A stretch of DNA of 64,000 bases. Origin: the human T2T-CHM13v2.0 reference genome, Homo sapiens. Position numbers and translations under genes: made by a program. The stretch lies in assembly GCF_009914755.1 (NCBI RefSeq), contig NC_060930.1; one strand, written 5' to 3'. Each line of letters opens with the position of its first letter. The stretch's first letter is position 1. Shown piece after piece: positions 1 through 13,674 of the stretch. The notes under the pieces were generated by a model. That model searched no databases. It saw only the letters and a program-made list of their open reading frames with translations, and was not told the origin of the DNA.

Positions 1-3
1 TAG

Positions 4-351
4 CAGAAGGGTCCCCAACCCCAGGGCTGCGGATAGGTACTGTTCCATGACCTTTTAGGAACCTGGGTCACACAGCAGGAGGTGAGCGGCAGGTAAGTGA
101 GCATTACCGCCTGAGTTCTACCTCCTGTCAGATCAGCGGTGGCATTAGATTCTCATAGTTACGAGAACCCTGTTGTGAACTGTGCATTCAAGAGATGTAG
201 GCTGTGTGCTCCATATGAGAATCTAGTTGATGCTCGATGATCTGAGGTGGAACTTTTTCATCCTGAAACCATCTCTCCTCCCCCCCACTTTTATTGAAAA
301 GTTGTCTTCCAGGAAACCAGTCCTTGGTGCCAACAAGGTTGGGGACTGCTG
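4..351 (+). mobile_element. MER1B hAT-Charlie DNA transposon (MITE)
   Basis: Matches the MER1B consensus throughout (GGTCCCCAACC...CACAGCAGGAGGTGAGCGGC...GATCAGCGGTGGCATTAGATTCTCATAG...GGTTGGGGACTGCTG), with terminal inverted repeats. Confidence 0.9.
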
Positions 352-637
352 ACTTAGCATATGTTTTCAAGTTTCCTCTATGTTGTAGCATGTGCTAGAA
401 GTTCATTCCTTTTTAATGCTGAATAATATTCTGTTGTATGCATATACCAATTTTTAAAAAAGTCATTCATACTTCAATGGACCTTTGAATTGTTTTTATT
501 TTTTGGCTACTGTGAATACTATTGTGAACATTACTGTATGGCTGAACATTGCTGTATCTGAGTTCCTTCTTTCAGTTCTTTTGAGTATATACCTAGGAGT
601 GGAATTACTGGATCATATGGCAGTTCTGTGTTTAACC
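352..637 (-). mobile_element. Old L1M (L1MB/MC-type) 3' fragment
   Basis: Antisense L1 3' motifs: CATTCCTTTTTAATGCTGAATAATATTC and GTATATACCTAGGAGTGGAATTACTGGATCATATGG. Confidence 0.8.
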
Positions 638-661
638 ACCTGTTTCCTGCAGTGCCTTGGC

Positions 662-975
<314 letters not shown>

Positions 976-2160
976 TGAAACTGGGCAGTAATACCTGTGC
1001 TTGTAAGAGTGTTTACAAATATTTATCAGCCTTTTGGAACTTTAAATTAGAAAAGTGAACAGACTGTATTTGTTAGCACTTTATATACTTACATTATGTC
1101 ATGGAACTTATTATTCGTGTTTCCTGAATGTCTGTTGTTTGGATACCTGTGTGTGTTTCCTACTCTATTAGAAATTCCTTGACCTGATCTGCAGTTCTCC
1201 ATCTTTGTCCACCTTTTTTGTACCTTGTACTCAATAAATGTTTGTTGATAAATTGATTAGATGTGCAACATATTCTAAAGTATTATTTTTAAAAAAGAGA
1301 TCCATTTACAAGAAGCACATTGGAATTATTTCCAGGTTTTGTTTTGCTAAAGTTAAGATCTGACATTATTTGTTAATTTCTCTTGGTTATGGAATGAAAA
1401 GTATTCCCACTGTTAAAAATAAATGTTAGATGTAGGAAGTAAACAGAGATGTATTTAGACATTGGGGAAAGGCTTCCACTGGGATCTGAAATATTGTGGG
1501 AAGAGAATCGCTATTGTTAGAGTAGTTCTGTGCCGTGTTAGTCTTTATTTTGTTTAGATACTGCTTTTTTGGGGGACCACTCTGCAGGCATCTAAATCTG
1601 AAGTGTAAGCCTCTTTTTTGATAAATGAGGGATAGCTAAAAGATGGGTTATTTTGGTTATTGGTTTTGCTTTTAATAGATAAACCAGAATTTTTACCTCT
1701 TGGGAGAGAATGTTATCTACTTATTTATAGCAAGCAAGTGTTGTTACGGCAGGTGGCTGTGGATGTTGGCATTCAAATGGCACTGATAAGACTTTAAACA
1801 AGGTAGCCATCCAGTTATGCTTAGGCTAAAAAATGGCTGTGTGCAGATTAGGCTACATATTTCACATGGATATAAAGTTCTACTTTTATTAACAAACATA
1901 ACAGTGCATTGCTTTTGTGTTTTTAGTTTCTCTTAGCCCTTATTTCTTGTCTCTTTTGGTGGCTTGCTGTTGTCTATAGCTGAGCTGAAACTTTCTGTGC
2001 AGGAATTAAGCTTAAAATATCAGTTTGTAGTCAGCTGTGGAGTATGATAAAACTTTGAGCAACACAGTTTCCAACAACACCCCTTTGTCACTGTGCCTGA
2101 GAAAGCTCTTATTAATAGAATTTCATGTGAGGTTCCGTGAGAAGGACTATTGTACAACCA

Positions 2161-2462
<302 letters not shown>

Positions 2463-2832
2463 ATTTTTTTTTTTTAACAGTGAAACAGGGAAACATAATA
2501 TTTTTCTTACTTTAAAAAATCCTTCAGTTTATAATCATCAGGAGTATTGGATATCTTTTAAGTGAAGGTGGAAGTTCACTTAATAAAAAAGGAAGCTCAT
2601 TTTTCCTTCTTTGAATGGTTAACATGGGAGTACCCCAAGGTGGAAGCTTTACATGACTGAGAAAGCCCATCCACTCATTGTCATAGAATCAACTATTAAT
2701 TCAACAAATACTTATGGAGCCTTTGCCATGCCTATGAGCCTTGTGCTAGAAGCCAGGGATAAGTAAAATAAATTCTGCACCTGCCTCCTGCAACTTAGTC
2801 CAATTTCCAGGTCTCCCTTAGATTTTTCTCTG

Positions 2833-2971
2833 TTTTAATTTTTATTTTGAAAATGGAGACAGGGTCTCACTATGTTGCCCAGGCTGGTCATGAACTCCTG
2901 GGCTCAAGTGATCCTCCCGCCTAGGCCTCTTAAAGTGCTGAGATTACAGGCATGAGCCATCACACCTAGCC
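2833..2971 (-). mobile_element. FLAM_C / AluJ left monomer
   Basis: GAGACAGGGTCTCACTATGTTGCCCAGGCTGG...GATTACAGGCATGAGCC; monomer length. Confidence 0.85.
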
Positions 2972-3007
2972 TCTCTCTTAAAACAACTTTATTAAAGATG
3001 TAATTTA

Positions 3008-3159
3008 GGCTGGGTGTGGTGGCTCACATCTGTAATCCCAGCACTTGAAAATTACTTGAAGTTGGGAGGTGGAGGTTGCAATGAGCTCAGATCATGCCAC
3101 TGCACTCCAGCTTGGGTAACAGAGCAAGAGTCCCTCTCAAAAAAAAAAAAAAAAAAAAA
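3008..3159 (+). mobile_element. Alu reduced to a monomer (left-arm 5' end joined to right-arm 3' end)
   Basis: GGCTGGGTGTGGTGGCTCAC..TGTAATCCCAGCACTTG runs directly into the right-arm TTACTTGAA..GGGAGGTGGAGGTTGCA; poly-A tail. Confidence 0.85.
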
Positions 3160-3518
3160 GTAATTCACATACCATACATTTCACCTGTTTAAAGTGTACA
3201 ATTCAGTGGCTATTAGTATATTCACAGAGTTGTGCATCTATTACCAGAATCAATTTTGAGCCTTTTTTTTTTTTTAACCCCAAAAAGAAACCTCTTCCCT
3301 TTAACACTTATCCCCAGTCCACCTATCCTTCTCAGCCCTTGGCAACAGCTAGTCTACTTTCTGTCTCTATGGACCGGCCTAGTCTAGATATTTTATATAA
3401 ATGGAATTATATAATATGTGGCTTTCATGTCTGGCTTATGTCATTTAGCATAATATTTTCAAAGTTCTTCCATGTTGTAGCATGGGTTAGAACTTCATTC
3501 TTCTTTTATTATGGTTGA

Positions 3519-3849
<331 letters not shown>

Positions 3850-4149
3850 ACATCTTTTTTTAATCTATTCCTTCACTAATAGATTGTGGGTTGTTTCCAC
3901 CTTCTCACTATGTGAGTAATGCTCTTATGAGCGTGCATACAAGTTTTTGTGTGGGCATATGTGCTCAAGTCTCTGATCCCCTAGATGTCTTGCCTATCCT
4001 ACAGATCCAGGCCTACCACAAAAAAGTGTAGAAGGATCATATACCATGAGAACATAAAGGAGGGACATGTAGACTTAATTAGGGAGTCAGGGAAGGCTGC
4101 CCCTGAGGCCACCATATCCAAGCTGCGGCTTGAGAGATAGGTTGAATAG

Positions 4150-4398
4150 AAAAGTTTTTCAAACTGCAGCTGATCACCCATTAGTAGGTTGTGAATTCAG
4201 TTTAGTGAATCATGGCCAGCATTTTTTAGGAGGTGAACTAAAATAGAATAGTAGATGTTAGAGGACATTCCATGTGGTAAGGGTAAGTATTGTTGCATGA
4301 AATTTATTTTCAGTAGCTATATGAGCGCATCTAGCAAATTGTGACGTAAGAAGTATTCTATATTCCGGGTTGCAATCAGAAAAATATGAAAGCCACTG
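4150..4398. mobile_element. Old hAT-Charlie MITE (subfamily uncertain)
   Basis: Termini resembling GTTTTTCAAACTGC and TGAAAGCCACTG, followed by CTCTAG (Charlie-type target). Confidence 0.55.
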
Positions 4399-4711
4399 CT
4401 CTAGGGATTTTTTAAAAGGAGATTATTTATTAATCTGGAGCTTTAAATATGGTTCCACTAGAAGATTGGAGAGATACAGGAGAGAGAAGAACCTAGAAAG
4501 CTGAAGATCCTTTGAAAGCTTAAAGTTCTGTGATTTCTACACTTTTAAAATGATTCATTTATTCAACAAATATTAAAATATTTACCATAGGCCTAGATTG
4601 CACTAAATTCTGGGAGCATATGTAAGATTTGTGTGATTTTGTTTTTTTTGTGATCTGGCAGAGAAGATGTACAAGCAATTAAAATGACTTCTATAAAACA
4701 TGGTGGGTTGA

Positions 4712-5017
<306 letters not shown>

Positions 5018-6289
5018 TTAGTTTTTCCAAAATGTCTCTAAAATGAAATAAAATAAATAATGAAATAAAAAAGACACAGGCACCTCAAAGGTAGGAGAAT
5101 AGGAGAGGAGATCACAGCAGTTAATTGCCATCAAGATGTCTTTGGAAGGAGTCACTGACTAAGCTGACTGGCTTAGTCACTGACTGGCTAAGCAGAGGAA
5201 GCTGGACTCTAAGGATCTCAAAGAGGATATCAGTAAGTGAGCCAGTTAGCTCCATAAAACTCCAGAAAAGTTCAGGATTTGGAAGCTCTAGGTCTTGCAT
5301 AAGGCTGTAGGATATATAGAGCGGGGGAAAAAAAGAGCATTAGATGGAGATCTGTAAAAGCTGTTAAGCCCCAGTTCCCACCCCCACCCATCAGATCCAG
5401 GTGCTTGCCCCTCCTCTCACCCTGAAGGTTCTATTGTGAAAAGCTGTAAATCATTAGCCATCCATCCCCCCAACCTGCAAAGGTACACACCTAATAGATA
5501 TGATACACACCCATCAGAAACAATGGCACACTTAGTTTAGAAGGGAAAAGTGGGCATACCCTTGTGGGTGTGTCATGATCTTAGAGGGCCAGAGGATAAG
5601 TAGTTTGAAAGTGATCTCCAAGGTGATTTTGAAGACACAATTCTCCCATCCCACTCTCGATTACTAGCCACTGATTTTGTCTCAGGAGGCATTAGCCGCC
5701 TGTCAAACTGCTGGGACATTATTTTTCTCTTAGTCAATAAAAGTAGTTTGACATCCATCACATATAGCATTTGCTAGGTCTTGTGGGAGGCAACGATTAC
5801 AACAAAAGGGTAAAATATTGTCCTGTGCTCATGGAACTTCAAATCTAGTTATTGGTGATTATATACATTCTAAATTAAACACTTTCAAAATAAGACATCT
5901 TGTCAAGGTGAAGGATTAAAAACCTTTTTGTCCTATCCTGTCTATATTTCCTCTCACCCCCTCCCATCTGGGTGTGCTCAGATAAACTTTAGAGCACCCA
6001 AGGTTTATAGAACTCCTGACAGCGACCTCACCAAAGGCTGGACTTCCTATTTGTCATAAACTTGTTGAAATTTTGTTTGACTGCTTTAGTACAGGAGTAT
6101 ATTCCCCAAGACAAGAGACCTGAGAGCTTTTCCCTGGTTAAGATACCAAGGATGATTTCCAAATTTTAGACATCCTTCCCCTTGTTCCACCAATTTTTTT
6201 TTTCTTCTGGGAAAATAGCCAGGATGATTGCAAAACATAAGCTTGTAAAAAGGCAAAACTCCATGGATGTAAGAAAGTAAATTTCTTGA

Positions 6290-7000
6290 GGGCCACACCC
6301 ATGATAACGCTGGAATTTTCATTTAATTCCTAACTCATTTTTTGTTGTTTTTGTTTTTTTAAACTCAAATGTGTCTCTTTAATTGAGGTCACTTACTTGG
6401 TTGGGAGATTAATATTCTGGTGGGGAAACTTTCTTTTTAGAGTTTATATTGTTTTATTCCTTCAGTCACTCAGTATTACTAATGGGGTAGCTTTTGGAAT
6501 TTTCCATCCCCCCCACTTTCAGATTACTTTTGTCTTTTTTTTTTTCCCTGAGAAATTAGTGAAAACAGTTTGAAGTCTTGCCACGTTGTAAGGAGATTTG
6601 CATTATTTAAGGAAACAGCTGGCAGATCTCTATAATGCCCCACCTCTGTTCTGCCAGTGCCTAAAATTTCCTTTGCATGACTCAGTTAAAAAAAAAAAAA
6701 CAAAAACAAAAAACCAGAGGAGGGGAACGAGTGGAGAGAAGAAGCCCTTGTTTCCCTTTCTGAGTTGTAAAAAGCTTTTATCAAGGTTTACATTTAGTCA
6801 TGCTTCTGTCCTCTAGTGGATGGCAGCATGTGATGAACTCAGAGAAACTCTTCTCCCAAATTGGCCAGTAAGAACTCTGCAAAAACTGTGGATGAGCTGA
6901 GCTTACCTCCCATAATTTTATTTTGAAAATAAAAAATTTTCCCCACATAGTAAACACAGTTATCTTCACGAGTGTGGGAATGATTAAGAAAAAAAAACCA
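6290..7000. promoter_or_regulatory. Candidate enhancer (motif cluster in unique DNA)
   Basis: kB/NFAT-like TGGAATTTTC(CA) at 6311 and 6495, octamer ATTTGCAT 6596-6603, ETS+E-box AGGAAACAGCTG 6610-6621, AP-1 TGACTCA 6678-6684, RBPJ-type TGTGGGAA 6973-6980. Confidence 0.35.
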
Positions 7001-7840
7001 AGCTTAGATTTTGCAAGATGGGTGACCTGAAGTTTTGCCTAGAGGGAGAGAAGGGTCTCTTCCTCCTTTCACTCTGTTCTTGACAGCGCCTGCAGCCTGC
7101 CCTGGAAGAACGGGTTTCTTCTTCAGATAGAAAGGAATTGCTGGCTCTTCTGCCAGCCTTGCCCATAGGCCTGGCTGTTTCCCTGATGCACCTTCCCTGC
7201 TCAAGTTGCTATCCTTATCATTTTATATTTTTGTGCCAGTATAGATTTGGTCCTATAAGGCTGCAGATACATAGTGGGCAGAAAGATGGGGGGATGAGAG
7301 CACTGAGCCTACAACCTATTTGGAGGGACTCTGGGCAGCATGAGGATGAGGGGCAGGGCCAGGGCCACCGCTAACTAGTTAGCAGTCAGGCAAATAGTCA
7401 AGGACAGAGACCTTGTATACATTAATAGTGCCAGCATTTTAAAGATCTTTACCCAGGGAAGGCTGTATATATACAGTTATTTGGGAGAAACCAGAAATGG
7501 TGTATTTAAAAAAATTGGATGCCTTAAACTTCCAAATAAATGCGTTTTAGAGCTCACTTATCTGGAGGTTGGCCTATAACATTCCCTCTCTGATGTCTTG
7601 CCTTTCAACTGTTTTTTTTCACTTCTCAGAGTGGGCATGAGAAACCACAGGATGTAGAAACATGGAGTCAGTTTTGCTAAAGCAGGCCCTCATGAGACTT
7701 GGAAGGGAAGAGGTGATGAGTCCAATGAGAGTTTAAAATTAGATGTTCAGTTATTGATTCTATGTTTTCTTTGTAGTCAGTCTTTTTCTAATTAAAGTGG
7801 GTAAGACATTTGAATATAGGGAGATAAATGTGCTATGTTA

Positions 7841-8375
<535 letters not shown>

Positions 8376-8779
8376 ACAATGATAGTTAAGCTAGTTTTTG
8401 CCCTCCTTATCAGTATGTCACATATCCATGTTGTTTCCTGGTATATCCAGCTGTTTCCTTAATGAGACTGCCTCCATCTTTCAGATATTTACCAACAGTT
8501 GAGTATATACTTGGCTTTATTGCAGGACCTGGCTATGATACAGATGGATGTACTCTGTATAGATGCCCAAAATAACTTTTATTTTTATGATGGTTAGATT
8601 TTGCCTGCATATTTAAGGTTTTGCTGTATATACTAATTTGCTTCAGAGTCAGAAAAATAGCAGCAAACTCTGAGAGGGGACTGAAAAAGTATCACTGACT
8701 TAGGGGTTATTATAGTAGGAATGGAACTACAGAGATAGCCTTTGTCACTGCTTTGTGAGAAAGCAGTGGAGAAAAATAC

Positions 8780-8990
8780 AATAGCTCCTATTTATTAAAA
8801 GCTTCCTATATGTCAGTACTATATGTATTATCTGTTTTAATCCTCACAGTAACTGTGTGAAGCGGGTCCTAATTATCTTCCTTTTACAGATGAAGAAAGT
8901 GAAGGCAGTCTTTAGGTGTCCTCCCAAAGTTGCAGAACATGAGAGGCAGAGTGTGGATGAGGCTCTATGTCTTAGATTATAAGGACAGTG
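8780..8990 (-). mobile_element. MIR
   Basis: TTTAATCCTCACAGTAACTGTGTGAAG...TTTTACAGATGAAGAAAGTGAAGGC (antisense MIR core). Confidence 0.75.
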
Positions 8991-9605
8991 CTCATTTCCA
9001 TTGCATTAAGGAAAATATCCTAGTCTATCCTGTTTAATCCTAGGAACCCTGTGGTGTGGAGAGGTTTTCTCTTACATACCAATTCTAAGCCTCTGCTTTG
9101 ATCCTTTGTCTTGGTAGGCATCTTCTCTCCTCATTTACTGCTCACTGTGTGAGGATGATAGGCACTCCTCAGTTATAAACATCGCCCTTGCAAACATAGC
9201 AGCTTGGTCGCTCTCTCTGCGGTCTACCCTAAGGGCTCCCTAAATGCCCACACATGGCGGCAGGTGCCAGACTGGGGCCCGAGCAGGGCACTGGCTCTCC
9301 ACAGCCTCCTCCATACCGCTGCCTGCTTTTTTTCTCTCATCTCTTCCCCCACCCGCCATTGTTTTTTTGTGTTTCCTTCCAGGCAGATTAGTTAATTCCA
9401 CCTCAGGTAATCTCTTATTCTTTCTATGACAAAATGCATTCTTAGTTTCACACTGTTGTCATATAAATGAAGGAACCCTTTCACACAAATTGGGAATTGG
9501 CAGGATTTGATTCATCAATATTCTAGGCTGTTAGTTTTCCTTTTGCTGTGCTCACACAGAACCAGATACAGCAGAATTAAAGAGTAATAGGCACCCTCTA
9601 GTCCC

Positions 9606-9763
9606 TTGCTACTCAAATTGTGGTCCATGACCAGCGTCATTGCCAATACTTGGGGCTTGTTAGAACTGCAAAATCTCAGCCCCTCCCAGGCCTACAGAAC
9701 CAGGTCCTGTAGTCTAACAAGATCTGCAGGAGCTTATTTGCACATTACACTTGAGAAACACTG
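9606..9763 (+). mobile_element. MER5A/MER5A1-type hAT MITE
   Basis: CTCAAATTGTGGTCCATGACCAGC...CTTGTTAGAACTGCAAAATCTCAGCCC...TTGAGAAACACTG. Confidence 0.75.
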
Positions 9764-10205
9764 TAAGCCTACCCTATTTCTGTCCTTTTCTTCCTAAGCT
9801 AAATGTTATGACTTGGTCACAGCTGAAAGCCTTCAGTGCCATTATTAGTAATGACGTTGGTGCTGCTAAGGTTTGTAGATAACATTAAACTGAAAATGTT
9901 TCTTGACGTTAAACTGAGAAATGCTTCTAATGACCAGGAAGACAGAATTGAAAGTAGCCTTAATTAATTGAAGTGATTACTGTAAAACAGGTTAAAATTG
10001 CATAGGGAACACTGCCTGCCTGGCGAAGCATTGCATGGTGTGAGGAGTGGGCACCGGCGCAGCACTCAGGTGTTTTGCGTTTGTCTAGAAACACTGTCCT
10101 TTCAGTCCTTAAGCCTCATGGACAGCTGTTTCTCGGGGACTGTCAGGGTCTCAATTTTGAATTGTCTTACTGATTTTAGATGAGATAGTTTATATTCCAG
10201 AGGGC

Positions 10206-10490
10206 TTTTTTTTTTTTTGAGACGGAGTCCCACTCTGTCGCCCAGGCTGGAGTGTGATCTCCACTCACCGCAACCTCCATCTCGCGGGTTCAAGCGATTC
10301 TCCTGCCTCAGCCTCCCAAGTAGCTGGAATTACAGGCGCATGTCACTGCGCCTGGCTAATTTTTGTATTTTTAGTAGAGACGGGGTTTCATCATGTTGGT
10401 CAGGCTGGTCTTGAACTCCTGACCTCAGGTGATCTGCCTGCCTCGGCCTCCAAAAGTGCTGGAATTAGACATGAGCCACCACGCCGGGCC
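10206..10490 (-). mobile_element. AluS
   Basis: Antisense dimer with poly-T. Confidence 0.95.
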
Positions 10491-10511
10491 ATTATTATTA
10501 TAATTTTTTTT

Positions 10512-10618
10512 AAAGACTAGTCTAGTGTAATAGAAGAGGGAAAGAGAAGAACAAGAAGTTCTGTCTGTAACTGACTGTGGACAATCAATGGAGATAATTC
10601 ACAGCCTGCAGATTAGCC
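10512..10618 (-). pseudogene. Y1 RNA (RNY1-derived) processed pseudogene, near full length
   Basis: Reverse complement GGCTAATCTGCAGGCTGTGAATTATCTCCATTGATTGTCCACAGTCAGTTACAGACAGAACTTCTTGTTCTTCTCTTTCCCTCTTCTATTACACTAGACTAGTCTTT aligns end to end with human Y1 RNA; A-rich tail follows. Confidence 0.92.
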
Positions 10619-10925
10619 AGAGGGCCAATTGTTAAATCCTCATTATGCTGCCACTCTTGAGTCCTGTTAGGTTACTAGAAAGCAGTGCACCTGGAGACTC
10701 GGTACTCCTGTCTCAGAGCTGTCTTTCTAAAGTAAGATTTAGCATTAGGCCCTTAGTTTTTAACTGGGAAGTTGAGCAGAGAGGGAATGTTTGAAGACTG
10801 TTACTACAATTTTAAAACTAAAAGGTGTCACTGAGGGTACTGAGCGTGCTGTTTATTCTCTAATGCTCAGTTCCATGGGAGAAGTTTCTCTCAAAGTTGA
10901 GTTAGGGTGTTTTTTTCCTAAATGC

Positions 10926-11218
10926 TTTCTTTCTTTTTTTGGGATGGGGTCTCAGTCTGTTGCCCAGGCTGAAGTGCTATGGCTTACTGCAGCCTTGACC
11001 TTCTGGGCTCAAACAGTCCTTCCATCTCAACCTCCTGAGTAGCTGGGACTATAGGTGTGCATTACTGTGCTTAGCTAATGTATTTTTATTTTTATTTTTT
11101 AAAGATGAGGTCTCCCTATGTTGCCCAGTCTTGAACTCCTGGGCTCAAGCAATCCTTCTGCCTTGACCTCCCAAAGTCTCAAAGTGTTGGGATTACAGGC
11201 ATGAGCCACTGCACCACC
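10926..11218 (-). mobile_element. AluJ
   Basis: Diverged antisense dimer; TSD CCTAAATGCTTT. Confidence 0.9.
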
Positions 11219-11343
11219 CTAAATGCTTTTATTTAGTGAGAGCCATAACATCATATTGTTTCCATATTCTTTTCATCTTCCAGGAAATTCCTAAGCTTTT
11301 TTTTTTTTAAACTATATGTTGGAAGCTTTCCTTTACTTAGGAC

Positions 11344-11647
11344 TTTTTTTTTTTTTTTTTTTTAATAGAGATGGGGGATCTCATCGTCACCCAGGTTAGA
11401 ATGCAGTGATACCATCACAGCTCGCTGCAGCCTCCACCTCCTGGGATCAACCCCTACCTCATTCTCCTGACTAGGACTACAGGCACTCACCACCACACTG
11501 GGCTAATTAAAAAAAAAAATTCTTTTTTGTAGAGAAGTGGTCTTGCTATGTCACCCAGGTTGATCTAGAACTCCTGACCTCAAGTCACCCGTCCGCATTA
11601 TCCTCCCAAAGTGCTGAGATTACAGACGTGAGCCACTGCACTTGGCC
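11344..11647 (-). mobile_element. AluJ
   Basis: Diverged antisense dimer with poly-T. Confidence 0.9.
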
Positions 11648-13547
11648 TATTTAGGGCTTCTAATTCACTTTCCTTTTCCTTCTTGTCTAATTCTTGTGTT
11701 TTTAGAATCTGCATTTTATTTTAAGTCATCTCAAATTCCTTTTGGAAGTAGTGAGGGAGTAAATGCTAACCTTGTGTAGAAACCGTAAAGCGTATTCAAT
11801 TTGTTTCTGTTTTATGAACTTGACCTTGTGTGAGCATCAGCCATATGCAGGACTATTGGGCTTGGAATGTGCCAGACCAAGCAGTCTCTAATTTTGTTCT
11901 CAGTTCAGAGTTGAGGGGCTGAGGAAGTTTTGGGCAAGAGTGAGGTCTGCTTGGGAGGATTGCCTTGACAGCTGTGCGCACAGTGGGTTGGAAGGGGAGC
12001 AGCAGGGCATCCGTTTGGCAGCTGCCTTGGTGGTCTCAGACTACCGCATCCATGCTGAAATTGGAAAGGAGAAGGTCGGGAAGGGAAAGACTGGGGACAA
12101 AGCGGACTGATTTGGGCAACGGGTGAGGTGCAGAGAGTAAGGAACAGGGACGAATATATGTGACCCTGGTTATCAGGCCTTGATGTTGCTTTGAAAACAG
12201 TCCTCTCCAGTTTTTGATATTTTTTCTTGTATATGGGGAGCTTGATAAACTAAGCCTTGGACCTTTGTTGTTTTGATCTGAGCTCTTTGTCATCTGTCCT
12301 ACTCCGGGAAATGTGAAGTGGCTGCAGAAGGCACCTAACCTGTTCTTGTTCCCTTTTCTCTGCCTCGTACCTCAAGTTTTCTACCACTAGAGGAGAGGCG
12401 GGCTGAACTTCCTTAGCAAGATCTCTTTCATTTTTTGGGAGTCCCATTTTCTAATACAACTCCAGACCCATCAGCCACCCGGGAGACCCCCCGTGGGAGC
12501 TGCGTTCCCTTTGCCAGGGAGATGCTCCTGGGAGTTGCATTAGGAAGGCGAGTCAGGAACAGATGGCTGTCCTGGGGGGTCTGGATGTCGGCCCAGCCCC
12601 ATCTCCTCAAAGCCATTGTTTGCCCTGGTTTGTGAGGTGCTCAACAGCAGGGACAGATGCAATCAGAGAAGGATGAAATGCTCTTTTTCTTTGGACCTGA
12701 AATGGGACCCTATACTTAGTGCAGCCTTACTCAGTGACTACCAAAATTTGAAAATTGTGTTTTTCTGAGGCTGGGCTCATTGACTTCCATGAGCTCTTAT
12801 TAGCTGTTTACTCATGAATTAGGCAATTTAATTTGGGTAGAGGAGGGCAAATCAAATGAGAAGGAGCTGCCGTGTTTAAAATTACTATGAGGATAGACTG
12901 TTCTTAAAGGATCCTACTCAAGCCTATAGAAGCCTTCCTTAGCTTACATGTCGAGTAAATTAATTAGACGAATTGTGAATTATTCTGATTTATTCAGAGA
13001 AATCCTTTGCTCTGCAGGCCGTACTGGGCATCATGTGGCTGACTTCTTGTTCTGACTTTCTATGAATGTTTGCAAGTAATAAAATATATTTTTATGATTG
13101 AGACTTATTTAGTAATAATATTTAATATTAATATTTAATAATTTTAGGAAAATAATTTAGGTAAGGTTTTGCTGTGTATTGTAGCATGCATTCTTCTAAG
13201 CCATGCCCTTTGATATTAAAAGTTGTGCTAGTTTCAAAGGGCTCGATTTCCTTAACAGGAAGGCACCTATAAATCTGGCAGTAGGTAATGAAGGGAGAAT
13301 GGTGGTCTTTTCAGTAGGGGAGGGCAGTGCACACAGAGAGTTATATGTTTTTTAGTCTAACTGCCCTAATCTAATCTCATGAAAGGTACATACACATTTA
13401 ATACACATTTTTCTGGGGCCCATAGCTTTTATTACATTTTCAAAGGAGTAGATGACTCCTAGAAGATAGGAACCTCTGCAGAATAACTTCTTGAGTGAGA
13501 TAACATTGTTGCGATTTGAGAAATACTGAATCTCTACATTTGGTCAC

Positions 13548-13674
13548 TTTTTTTTTTTTTTTTTTTTTTTTTAAACAGAGTCTCGCTCTGTCACCCAGGC
13601 TGGAGTGCAGTGGAGAGATCTCAGCTTACTGAACCTCCACCTCCGGGGTTCAAGCAATTCTCCTGCATCAGCCT
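13548..13674 (-). mobile_element. 5'-truncated Alu (right-arm 3' part)
   Basis: Poly-T then ACAGAGTCTCGCTCTGTCACCCAGGCTGGAGTGCAG...; stops at TCAGCCT. Confidence 0.9.

Noticed and set aside
9882-9928. ~25-bp imperfect tandem duplication (similar one at 29732-29780)
   Set aside because: Common local slippage; no further structure.
10512-10618. Functional Y RNA gene
   Set aside because: Multiple substitutions in the 5' stem, an A-rich tail with TSD, and no evident PSE/TATA upstream: a processed pseudogene.
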